Shown here: in pieces, positions 30,579 through 40,122 of the stretch | Numbering within the stretch: position 1 is the first letter of the stretch | Layout: each line of letters starts with the position of its first letter | The notes under the pieces: model-generated | Told to the model about the DNA's origin: nothing | The model's database searches: none | The model's input: only the letters and a program-made list of their open reading frames with translations | NCBI GenBank assembly: GCA_963755915.1 | Contig: CAVWLP010000002.1 | Coordinates: forward strand, 1,632,001 to 1,696,000 | DNA: 64,000 nucleotides | DNA from: an uncultured Phycisphaerales bacterium | GTDB taxonomy: Bacteria; Planctomycetota; Phycisphaerae; Tepidisphaerales; Tepidisphaeraceae | Reading direction: 5' to 3' | Program-made: the position numbers and the translations under genes

Positions 30579-32239
30579 ATCGAATCAAATCATGGAGATT
30601 CTTGGGAAGCTGACGGCGACGGGAGAAGGATCGCTGGCGGCAGGGCAGAAGACGCAGCTTTTGCTGGAGCTGCATGCGCGGTCGCCGGAGGTGGGGGTGA
30701 TGGTGATGGGGGAAGTGTTTGGGCGATTGGAGCGGATGGATGCGGGGTTGAAGGAGGCGCGGGGGGCGGTGCAGGAGATGCGGGGGAAGTTTAACGAGCT
30801 GCTGGAGAAGACTTGGTATGTGGCGACGTTCGTCGAGTTGATTGGGAAGCCGGAGGAGAGGAATGCGCTGGTTTTTCAGGGGAGCAATAGCCGGGTGGTG
30901 GGGGTGTGCGGGGAGGTGAAGGTGGAGGAGCTGAGGAAGGGGTGCGAGGTTTTGCTGAACAAGGAGATGACGGCGATCGTGAAGTGCAGCCCGCGGAGGC
31001 GGAGTACCGGGGAGATCGCGACGGTGGTGGAGAAGACTTCGCGGGGGACGGTGATTTTGAAGAGCCGTGAGGAGGATGTGGAGGCGGAGCTTTCGGAGGA
31101 GCTGCGGGAAGTGGAATTGAAGGCGGGGGAGCGGGTGAGGTGGGAGCCGGCGGCGCGGATTGCGCTGGATCGCGTGGAGGAATCGGAGGCGGGGAGATTC
31201 TTGATGGGGGAGGTTCCCAAAACTTCGCTGGCGGCGGTCGGGGGGCAGGATGAGAACGTGATGAAGCTGATGGGGATTCTGACGGCGATGCTGGTGGATG
31301 CGAAGAGAGCGAAGGAGTATGGGTTGAATGGGAGAGCGAGCATTTTGTTGGTGGGGCCGCCGGGGTGCGGGAAGACGCTGATGGTGCGGGCGGCCGCGGG
31401 GGAGATATCGCGGATGACGGGGAAGGCGGTGCGGTTTTTCATCGTGAAGCCGAGCGAGTGGGAGAGCTGCCTGGTGGGGAATACGGAGAAGAATATCCGG
31501 ACGCTGTTCGCGAATTTGCGGGAGGCGACGAAGGATGGGTCGCAGGCGGTTTTGTTTCTGGATGAGGTGGACAGCATCGGGCGGGTTCGGGGGCATACGC
31601 AGGGGTATTACTCGGACAAGGCGCTGAACGCGCTGCTGACGGAGCTGGATGGGTTTGCGGAGAGGGATGGGGTTGCGGTGGTGGCGACGACGAATCGGAA
31701 GGATTTGATCGACAGCGCAGCTGCAGCAGAGGTTGTCGGATCATGAGATTCATGTGGGGCCGCCGGACATGAAGGGGGCGAAGGAGATTTTCGGGATTCA
31801 TCTGCGGGCGACGCTGCCGTTTGACCCCAATGGGCAGATGGCGGAGGCGACGCGGCGGGAGATGATCGAGACGGCGGTATCGCGGATTTATCACCCCAAT
31901 TCGCCGGTTGCGCAGATTTGCCGGTTGAAGTTCAATGACGGGAAGACGCGGATGGTGATGGCGAAAGACCTGGCGTGCGGGAGGTTGATTCAGCAGATCT
32001 GCGGGGCGGCGCAGCTTGCGGCGTATCAGCGGGAAATGCGCGGCGGGGAGGCGGGGATGACGGTGGGGGATATTGAGGAGGCGATTGCGGCGACGATCGA
32101 GCGGCTGGCGACGAATATCACGGTGCATAATGCGCGGAACCAGCTTGCGGATTTGCCTACGGATTTAACGGTGATTTCTGTGGAACCGATTGTGCGGAGG
32201 GTGGGGCGGCGGGGGGAGTATTTGGTGGAGGGGGCGTAG
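30565..32239 (+). CDS. arc: Proteasomal AAA+ ATPase, ARC/Mpa-like (frameshift near 31718)
   Basis: N-terminal coiled coil and OB-like region; GPPGCGKT, FLDEVDS, LLTELDG, TTNRKDLID; near-terminal GEYL. Confidence 0.85.
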
Positions 32240-32301
32240 ATGGGGATGACACGGGAAGCGCTCCCCTTCGGGTCGCGGCTAAACAAGAAGGGGGTGTGCG
32301 A

Positions 32302-34005
32302 ATGGAGATTTTTATGTCGGGAGAATTGGAAAGGGAGATTGCGAGCGATGGGGTGGTGCCGAAGCTTTGCGGGTCGGATGTGGAGCTGGGGAACTTTATC
32401 ATTGAAAGCGGGGGGCGTGGGGGGAATGAAACTGCTCCGGAAGCGGCGGCGGCGCTGCTGGCGCAGGTCAGGGGGCATGCACGGACGGTGGTGCGGAAGG
32501 AGGGTTATTTTGCGGTGGGGAGGGATTGGTATGAGGATGGATATGCGTCAACGTCGCCAGGCGGGGGGTATCGGCAGTATGCGCAGGATTTTGGGAGGAA
32601 GTTTCTGCCGAAAAATGGGGGGTGTGTTTATATCGATTTGAATCACCTGGAGATTTGTACGGCGGAGTGTTTTAGTGCGCTTCAGCATCTGGCGGCGTCG
32701 CGGGGGATGCTGCTGGTGGCGCGGGATGCGATGGTGCGGGCGAATGAATTGATGGGGGATCGGGCCGTCATCAAGGTGCTGGCGAACAATTCGGATGGAC
32801 AGGGGCACAGCTATGGGTCGCACGTGAATTACCTGGTGACGCGGCGGTGCTTCAACAACATTTTGTTTCGGAAAATGCACTACCTTCAGTTTTTGGCGTC
32901 GATGCAGGCTTCGGCGATTGTGCTCACCGGGGCGGGGAAGGTGGGGGCGGAGAATGGGGAGGGGGGGGTGAAGTATCAGATATCGGCGCGGGCGGATTTT
33001 ATCGAGACGACGATTTCGGAGGCGACGACGTATCGGAGGCCGCTGGTGAATGCGCGGGATGAATCGCTTTCCGGGCCGCGGGACGAGCGGGAGGGGGGAT
33101 TGGCGCGGCTGCATGTGATTATGTTTGACAATGTGCTGTGTCATCACGCGGCGCTGATGCGGGACACGATGATGCAGGTGGTGCTGGCGATGATCGAGCA
33201 GGGGCAGGTGCCGACGAAATTTTTACTGGATGAGCCGGTGACGGCGGTGCACGCGTGGAGCCGGGATCCGGGGCTGAAGGCGCGGGCGCGGCTGGTGGGG
33301 GGACGGGAGTTTACGGCGGTGGAATTTCTGGGGGCGATTTATGAGAAGGCGCGGAGGTTTGTGGATGCGGGGAGAGCGGCGGGGCTGGTGGCGGATGTGG
33401 AGCAGAATATGCGGGTGTGGGGAGAGTGCATGGAGAAGCTGCGCACGGGGGATATGGATTATTTGGCGGAGCGGATTGACTGGGTGGCGAAGATGCGGCT
33501 GCTGGAGCGGGCGCCGGCGAAGCATGGGTGGGAGGAGAGGCGGATGAAATATCTGGACAATTTGTGGTCGAGCCTGGATCCGGGGGAGGGGCTTTACTGG
33601 GGGCTGGAGAAGGCGGGGGGGGTGAAGCGAGTTGTGGAGGATGCGGCGGTGGAGCGGCTGGTGAATGAGCCGCCGGAGGAGACGCGGGCGTGGCTGCGGG
33701 CGTGGGTGCTGCGGAATGCGGCGTCAATGGTGGACGACGTGGACTGGGACATGGTGCGGCTGAGGTCGAGCCGGTTTGGGGATCGGGGGTGGCCGACGTA
33801 TCAGACGCTGCGGATGAACAATCCGTTTGGGTTTACGCGGGCGCGGTGCGAGGGGATTTTGCAATCGGCGGCGTCGCCAATGGAGGGGCTGAGGAGGTTG
33901 TTCAAAGAGATTGGGGAAGTGAATTCGGAAGAAAAATTGGATCGAGAAAGCTGGTCGGCCGGGGTGGTCCCGGATCGATCGGGCGAGTCGGAAAATTTTT
34001 CGTAA
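32302..34005 (+). CDS. dop: Pup ligase/deamidase family protein, Dop-like
   Basis: GSDVELG, Dop-loop-sized insert, NGGCVYIDLNHLE, NNSDG.G.SYGSH, YQISARADFIE, RPLVNARDE, RLHVI, PPEETRA. Confidence 0.82.
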   Translation: MEIFMSGELEREIASDGVVPKLCGSDVELGNFIIESGGRGGNETAPEAAAALLAQVRGHARTVVRKEGYFAVGRDWYEDGYASTSPGGGYRQYAQDFGRKFLPKNGGCVYIDLNHLEICTAECFSALQHLAASRGMLLVARDAMVRANELMGDRAVIKVLANNSDGQGHSYGSHVNYLVTRRCFNNILFRKMHYLQFLASMQASAIVLTGAGKVGAENGEGGVKYQISARADFIETTISEATTYRRPLVNARDESLSGPRDEREGGLARLHVIMFDNVLCHHAALMRDTMMQVVLAMIEQGQVPTKFLLDEPVTAVHAWSRDPGLKARARLVGGREFTAVEFLGAIYEKARRFVDAGRAAGLVADVEQNMRVWGECMEKLRTGDMDYLAERIDWVAKMRLLERAPAKHGWEERRMKYLDNLWSSLDPGEGLYWGLEKAGGVKRVVEDAAVERLVNEPPEETRAWLRAWVLRNAASMVDDVDWDMVRLRSSRFGDRGWPTYQTLRMNNPFGFTRARCEGILQSAASPMEGLRRLFKEIGEVNSEEKLDRESWSAGVVPDRSGESENFS

Positions 34006-34017
34006 AGGAGTTGTGTC

Positions 34018-34212
34018 ATGGATACGGAGATGATGGTTCGGGAAATTCATCGTGAGGCGAATGTGGTGCAGGGCGGGCCGGAGGGTGGGGATTCGCAGAC
34101 GGCGGAACAGTGTCAGCGGATGCTGAACGAGGCGGATGCGATGATCGATCAGGCGCTTTCGGGGGATGCGGAGGCGTTTTTGAACGCGAACCGGCAGCAG
34201 GGAGGAGAGTAA
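34018..34212 (+). CDS. pup: Pup/UBact-like small protein modifier ending in GGE
   Basis: AAGGAG RBS; 64 aa; ...MIDQALSGDAEAFLNANRQQGGE; lies between the two Pup-ligase-fold genes. Confidence 0.85.
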   Translation: MDTEMMVREIHREANVVQGGPEGGDSQTAEQCQRMLNEADAMIDQALSGDAEAFLNANRQQGGE

Positions 34213-34214
34213 CC

Positions 34215-35842
34215 ATGCGGCGCCTGATGGGAAATGAGAATGAGTATGCGTTTAATGCGACGGGCCCGAGGGGAGGCGCGGCAGACCGCACGCGCGCACT
34301 GCATGAGCTGAATGCGATTGCGGCGAAAGAGCATGCGTGTCTGCCTAGCCTGGGGGGGAGCGGGATTTTTATGGGGAATGGGAGCCGGTCTTACGTGGAT
34401 GCGGGGGAGCACCAGGAGATGTGTACGCCGGAGGTGGATAATCCGTGGGACCTGGTGCGGTATCTGCTGGCGGGGGAGAAGATTCTGTTTGACCTGGCGA
34501 AGAAGCTGGTGGATCGCCGGAAGGTGGGGAGCGCGAAGTTTTATAAGGTGAACGTGGATTATTCGGGGATGGGGACGACGTGGGGGGCGCATGAGAATTA
34601 CATGCACCGGGCGGATGTTTCGAAGCTGCCGAAGGATATGATTCCGTTTTTGATTTCGCGGGTGATTATCACGGGGGCGGGGGGATTCGATCCGACGTCG
34701 GCTGGGAGCTGCCGGTTTACGCTTTCGCCGCGGTCGTTTCACATCAACGCGAGCGTATCGAGCTGTTCGACGGGGGGGCGGGGGATTTATCACACCAAGA
34801 GCGAGTCGCTGTGCAACGGGGGATATCAGCGGTTGCACGTGCTGGTGGGGGAGAGCAACTGCTCGCAGCGGGTGACCTGGCTGAAGGGGGCGACGACGTC
34901 GATGGTGGTGGCGATGGCGGAGGCGGGGTTGAATCCGGGGGAGGGGATGGGGCTGCGATCGCCGGTGGATGCGTACCGGATTTTCGCGTCGGATCCGACA
35001 TGTAAAGAGACGGCGGCGACGGCGGGGGGCGGGCGGGTGAGCGCACTGCAGATTCAGCGGCATTATTGTGAGATGGCGCGGCGGGTGGCGGGGGAACCGT
35101 TTATGCCGGCGTGGGCGCCGGTGGCGGTGGCGGAGTGGGAGGCGATGCTGACGCGATTGGAGAATGCGCCGCAGAGCGTGGCGACTTGCCTGGACTGGGC
35201 CATTAAGCACAGCATCTTCGAGTCGCGGATTCAGCGGCGGGGATTTTCGTGGTGGCTGGTGAAGCAGTGGAACAATTTGATGGGGCTGCTGCGGGTGTGC
35301 GGCGATCTTACGGCGCAGACGGAGCCGAGGCCGCAACTGAACGCGAAATTTGTGCTCGATCCGCAGGGTCCGCTGAAGAACGTGGTGAAGGAGATGACGC
35401 CGATTCTGGCGGCGCGGGGGATGAGCTGGGAGCAGATGGAGGCATTTTTGCAATTGAGGCTGGAGCTTTTTGAGCTGGACATGCGGTTTGGGGAGCTGGG
35501 GCCGGGGGGGATTTTCAATGGGCTGGATGCGGCGGGGGTTTTGAACCATCGGGTGGCGGGGGTGGAGGAGATCGAGCGGGCGACGAGGGAGCCACCGGCG
35601 ACGGGGCGGGCGAAAGTGCGCGGGGAGGCGATCCGGCGGCTGCATGGCGAAGCGCGGCGGTATGGGTGCGACTGGGCGTATATCGTGGATACGCAGACGC
35701 GGGCGGCGCTGGATATGCGCAATCCGTTCACCGACAGCGAAAAGTGGGTGGCGCACCTCAGCGCACGGCGGAGTTCGCGGCGCTGGGGCTGGGCTGGCTG
35801 CATGATTTGCGGACGAATATTGCTGAGAGGTGCTCGACATGA
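34215..35842 (+). CDS. pafA: Pup-protein ligase, PafA-like (probable frameshift near 35750)
   Basis: MRRLMGNENEY, NGSRSYVDAGEHQE, AGE, GAHENY, RLHVLVGESN, LDWAIK, PPATGRA. Confidence 0.83.
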
Positions 35843-36992
35843 TCGTGTTACCAAAATCACTTTTGAAGGAATTGCAGCAGCGGAAGGTGGGGGTGAGGGT
35901 TCTGGATGCCGACACGCTGATGCTGCGGCAGGTGCCGATCAGGGAGGATATGTTCAGCAAGGGGACGACGAATCTGCTGGTGAAGCGTCCGTCGCCGGGG
36001 AAGCCGTATTTGGCGCTGGTGGATGAGGGGCTGAACTATATCGGGGCGGACCGGGATAAGCGGACGGTGCTGCCGGGCGATTGCGTGCGGCAGGGGTGGC
36101 GGGCGCTTTCGCTGGATACGGCGGCGGATCGGGATATGGCTAGCGTGGTGCAGAATGCGCTCAAGATTCTGGGGTTTGATGGGGGGGAATTTTCGGGATT
36201 ACTGGAGAGGTTTGGGAAGAGGATTGAGGGGGAGGTTCGAGAGGTGGTGGGGAGGGAAGAGCAGATCAATGAGGTGATGGCGTGTTTGTGCCGACGCGAG
36301 GCGTGTATGGGGCTGATTGGGGGGGGAGCGGGGGCGGGGAAGAGTTGTTTGTTACGGGGGGTGGCGAAGAAGGTAAATGAGAGTCCGAATTTGGTGAGGA
36401 TTTTTTCGAGGCCCTCACCCCTGCCCTCTCCCGGAGTACCGGGAGAGGGGGTAAGAGCGGGGATGATCGAAGTGAATCTTCTGGAGCTGCTTTCATCCAC
36501 CAGCGATGAGGCGGCGATCCGGTGTTTGATGGAATTGATGGAGGAGGCGGTCCAGAGGCGCCGGTTTTGGCGATTGAGCAGATTGAAATTCTGCTGAACC
36601 AGGTTGCCAATGGGCACCTGGTTTTGAAGCAGGGGATCGACCGGGGGGCGAAGATCGTGGGGACGGCGATGCCGGAGGGGGTGAAGCTGGTGGGGATCGG
36701 GGATCTTTTGCGGCGGGTGCAGGTGGTTTCGCTTCCCGAGCTTGGGCGCGGCGCGGTGATGCAGATTCTCGCTAAGGCGCAGGAGGGATATGGGGTGGAG
36801 ATTCATGAAACGGTTGCGGCGGCGTGCATCAAGGCGGCGAGGGAATTGCCGGGGTGTTTTCCGGGGAAGGCGCTAAGCTTGCTCGATGCGGCGGTAAGTT
36901 TGGCGGTCGTCGGCGGGGCGAAGGTCGTGGCTGCGGATGATATCTATGCGGCGGCGGCGCGGTTCTGGCCGGCGCAACGGGAGAAAGAATGA
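35839..36992 (+). CDS. Single-NBD ClpA/ClpB-like AAA+ protein with an uncharacterised N-terminal domain (frameshift near 36555)
   Basis: VVGREEQI...L.RR...GGAGAGKS; LLRRVQ.V.LPE; FPGKALSLLDAA (compare ClpB LPDKAIDL.DEA). Confidence 0.75.
36412..36451 (+). repeat. REP-like repeat, family A (in frame, PSPLPSPGVPGEG)
   Basis: CCCTCACCCCTGCCCTCTCCCGGAGTACCGGGAGAGGGGG. Confidence 0.8.
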
Positions 36993-37870
36993 CGGATTCG
37001 AAATGCGGCGGCAGACCAGAGTGTATCCTGGATGTGTGGGATCAATCGGCGCACGATGATGAAATTTGCGCGAACGCGATCGGGACGCTGATCGTGTCGC
37101 GGACGGAATTGCTGAAGGAATTTGATTCGCTGGCGGCGGTGGAGGTGTGTTTGCTGGAGAAGATTCAGGTGATGCCGGATTGCGTGGAAGCGCTGCCGTG
37201 GCTGCTGGCGCTGTCGCAGATCATGGTGAAGACGGGGCGGGCGGAGGCGGGCGAAATGTTTCGCAATCAGGCCATCGAAGTGATTGCGAAAAGCGGGTGG
37301 AACTCGGAACAGATCTCGGAGCACGCGGAGAACCTGCGGGAAATGATCCAGAGCGCGGGGTCGGAGGCGGCCGCGAACAGCGTCCGCCGGCGATTGCGGA
37401 CTCGGGCGCTGATGGGGGACGAGGATGAGGTGGCGTATTTTGAGCTTCGCGAGCTGGCGTTTGAGGCATATAGCGATGGGGCGTTTGCAGATGCGGAGGA
37501 GATCTATCGGCATCTGCTTTCAAAGGATTACGAGAAGCCGGCGACGTTGTGCCACCTGGCGCGGGTGCTGGTGGGATTGGGAAGGGATGGCGAGGCGATA
37601 GAGGCTGTGGAGCGGGCATATTCACTGCGCTCGGAGGCGGAGGGGTATGTGATTGCGAGGATTTATTATCTGCGGGCGCTGCTGGCAACGCTGGGTGGGA
37701 GAGAGGCCCAGGGGCATGTGTCGGATTTGAAGCTGGCGCTGCGGATTGCGGAGAATCGGACGGAGTGGCTGCTGGGGCCGATGCTGGATGCGGTGCGGGG
37801 GAGGATGGAGGGGGGCGCATATGCGCGGTTTGTGGAGTTGGGGGAGATGTTTCGGGATGCGGAGGAGTGA
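36989..37870 (+). CDS. TPR-like helical repeat protein, last gene of the Ub/Pup operon
   Basis: AY..G.F.DAE..Y..LL...HLARVL..LGR..EA...ERA; ATGA overlap. Confidence 0.7.
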   Translation: MTDSKCGGRPECILDVWDQSAHDDEICANAIGTLIVSRTELLKEFDSLAAVEVCLLEKIQVMPDCVEALPWLLALSQIMVKTGRAEAGEMFRNQAIEVIAKSGWNSEQISEHAENLREMIQSAGSEAAANSVRRRLRTRALMGDEDEVAYFELRELAFEAYSDGAFADAEEIYRHLLSKDYEKPATLCHLARVLVGLGRDGEAIEAVERAYSLRSEAEGYVIARIYYLRALLATLGGREAQGHVSDLKLALRIAENRTEWLLGPMLDAVRGRMEGGAYARFVELGEMFRDAEE

Positions 37871-37990
37871 GTGTGAGCCCCCAGCTTTTCGCTCATCCGG
37901 ATTACCTGACGGCCCGATTTGTTTGCAATGACTCGACGCTTCAAATCCTAAACGATACAAATCTCCATGAGCTGAAATCGGGTGCAGGCT

Positions 37991-39979
37991 ATGGATGTCA
38001 GACAGGCGATGCTGGTGGCAGCAGCGATGGAGCGAGCGGGAAATTTTGCCGAAGCCGAGAGATTTTACCGCCAAGTGCTGAGTCACCAACCTGCTCATCC
38101 ACAGGCGCTTCACCGGCTCGGAGTATTGGCCTCGTGTGCCGGGCGGCTGGATGCGGGAATCGATTACCTTCAACAGGCGATTGCGATTGAACCAGAAAAC
38201 GCCTATTTCCACAGTGATCTCGGGAATGCGCTCTGCGACAAGGATCGAATGGATGACGCGATTTCCGAATTCCGTTGCGCACTCAGGCTTAATCCGAATT
38301 ATGCCGAGGCGCACAACAATCTTGGAGTGGCCTTAAGGGCGAAAGGATTGCTGAGCGAAGCTATCGGCGAAATTCGTCAGGCGATTGGCCTTAACGAAAA
38401 ATACCCAGACGCGCTAAATAACCTGGGAATCGCTCTTCGTGACGCAGGTCGCGTCGATGAAGCCATAGCCGCGTATCGCAACGCACTGCAAATCCGACCT
38501 GCCTTTCCCGAGGCACACAACAATCTTGGTGTCGCGCTTCGCGATCGAGGCATAATCAATGAGTCGATCGCGGCCTTTCGAACGGCTATTCGCCTGCAGC
38601 CACGTTTCGCCGAGCCGTACGCAAATTTAGGCAACGCGTTGTGCGACTTGCGATCATTCGATGAGGCGATTGATGCCTATAACAAGTTTCTTCGACTTCA
38701 ACCTCAAAACGCCGCCGGCTACAGCAATTTGGGAAACGCCCTGCGCGGCAAAGGTGTGCCTGACGAAGCGATAGCCGCCTACCTGCAAGCGTTGAAATTA
38801 AATCCGCGTTTTGCGGAGGCGCATAGCAATCTTGGCAACGCGCTGCGTCAAAACGGATCGCTCCAGGAAGCTGTCGCCGCTCACCGTCGCGCGATCGAAT
38901 TGAAGCCGGCCTATGCGGATGGCTACTCGAATCTGGCTGACGCTTTGCACGATCTGGGTCAAATTGACGAAGCCGTTTCGGCTTACCGCCAGGCAATTCA
39001 ACTCAATTCGAACCTGGTCGAGGCCCACTATGGGCTGGCGAATTGCCTGTTGCTCCGCGGAGAATTCAACGAGGGGTGGATCGAGTACGAATGGCGCTGG
39101 CGATGGAAGGACTTTCCGTCACAGGCTCGTCAGTTTGCACGGCCGCGTTGGGACGGATCACCTTTAAACGGACGGAAGATTCTGCTGCACAGTGAACAGG
39201 GATTGGGCGATACGATCCAATTCGTGCGATATGCGCTGCTGATTGTTCAGCGAGGAGGGAAAATCGTCATTGAGTGCCAGCCGGAACTCCACCGGCTTCT
39301 TGAATCTCTACCGCTGCCATGCGAGATCGCCACCTTCGGTCAAACCCTCCCGTCATTCGACGTTTATTGTCCGTTACTCAGCCTACCCGCAATCATGGGA
39401 ACCAGCTTGTCCACAATTCCCGCAGTGGTGCCGTACCTGAGCTGCAATCCGCGATTGGTTGAGTTTTGGAAATCCACCATCGAATGTGCGGATGCCAGTA
39501 TCAAAGTTGGTTTGGCGTGGGCAGGTAATCCTCGGTTCAAGGGGGACCGATCGCGGTCGATGAAATTGGCCTCATTGGCTCCGCTGGCGAATGTAAGGGG
39601 TGTGAAGTTTTATAGCCTTCAGAAGGGAGAGGCCGGTAAACAAGCCAACGACCCGCCCGCCGGCCTGCACCTCGTGGACCTGGGCGCTCGACTAACTGAC
39701 TTTGCTGATACTGCGGCAGCAATCTCCTTGATGGATTTGGTGATCACCACGGATACCTCGGTCGCTCATTTGGCCGGGGCAATGGGCAAGCCGGTGTGGG
39801 TGATGCTCGAACTTGTGCCGAATTTTCGATGGCTCCTTGAGCGGACGGATAGCCCGTGGTATCCGACAATGCGATTGTTTCGGCAAAATATCGCGGGCGG
39901 TTGGAATGAGGTTATCGATCGTGTTAGCTCTGAATTAAGTATTTTCCGATCCGTGATTGGCGACGCTTCTGGACGTTGA
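37991..39979 (+). CDS. TPR-repeat protein with a C-terminal GT9-like glycosyltransferase domain
   Basis: About 10 TPRs (AEAHNNLG); EYEWRW, EQGLGDTIQF.RY, GLAWAGNP, DTSVAHLAGA, SPWYP. Confidence 0.9.
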   Translation: MDVRQAMLVAAAMERAGNFAEAERFYRQVLSHQPAHPQALHRLGVLASCAGRLDAGIDYLQQAIAIEPENAYFHSDLGNALCDKDRMDDAISEFRCALRLNPNYAEAHNNLGVALRAKGLLSEAIGEIRQAIGLNEKYPDALNNLGIALRDAGRVDEAIAAYRNALQIRPAFPEAHNNLGVALRDRGIINESIAAFRTAIRLQPRFAEPYANLGNALCDLRSFDEAIDAYNKFLRLQPQNAAGYSNLGNALRGKGVPDEAIAAYLQALKLNPRFAEAHSNLGNALRQNGSLQEAVAAHRRAIELKPAYADGYSNLADALHDLGQIDEAVSAYRQAIQLNSNLVEAHYGLANCLLLRGEFNEGWIEYEWRWRWKDFPSQARQFARPRWDGSPLNGRKILLHSEQGLGDTIQFVRYALLIVQRGGKIVIECQPELHRLLESLPLPCEIATFGQTLPSFDVYCPLLSLPAIMGTSLSTIPAVVPYLSCNPRLVEFWKSTIECADASIKVGLAWAGNPRFKGDRSRSMKLASLAPLANVRGVKFYSLQKGEAGKQANDPPAGLHLVDLGARLTDFADTAAAISLMDLVITTDTSVAHLAGAMGKPVWVMLELVPNFRWLLERTDSPWYPTMRLFRQNIAGGWNEVIDRVSSELSIFRSVIGDASGR

Positions 39980-40047
39980 AAGGCCATTGGACGTGGTCTG
40001 CCGATGCTGCACTCGCCTAAGAACAGGAGAGAAAGACCTCGCCCTTG

Positions 40048-40101
40048 CCCTCACCCCAACCCTCTGCCTGAGGGCTGCGCCCCGCGTACTGGGAGAGGGG
40101 G
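40048..40101 (+). repeat. REP-like repeat, family A (between convergent genes)
   Basis: CCCTCACCCCAACCCTCT...GTACTGGGAGAGGGGG. Confidence 0.65.
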
Positions 40102-40122
40102 TAAGAGGCGAATAGCTGGGAG

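Noticed and set aside
34110-36026. PafA as a 638-aa ORF
   Set aside because: The 5' extension overlaps the Pup gene and the 3' extension overlaps the next gene by about 190 bp; a start at 34215 and a frameshifted stop at 35842 fit better.
26057-36806. Long Pro/Arg/His-rich minus-strand ORFs (e.g. 29770..31596, 34149..35960)
   Set aside because: These are antisense shadows of G-rich plus-strand genes that carry clear motifs.
35839-36992. Housekeeping clpB/clpC pseudogene
   Set aside because: It has a different N-terminal domain, is coupled to genes on both sides, and shows no remnant of NBD2.
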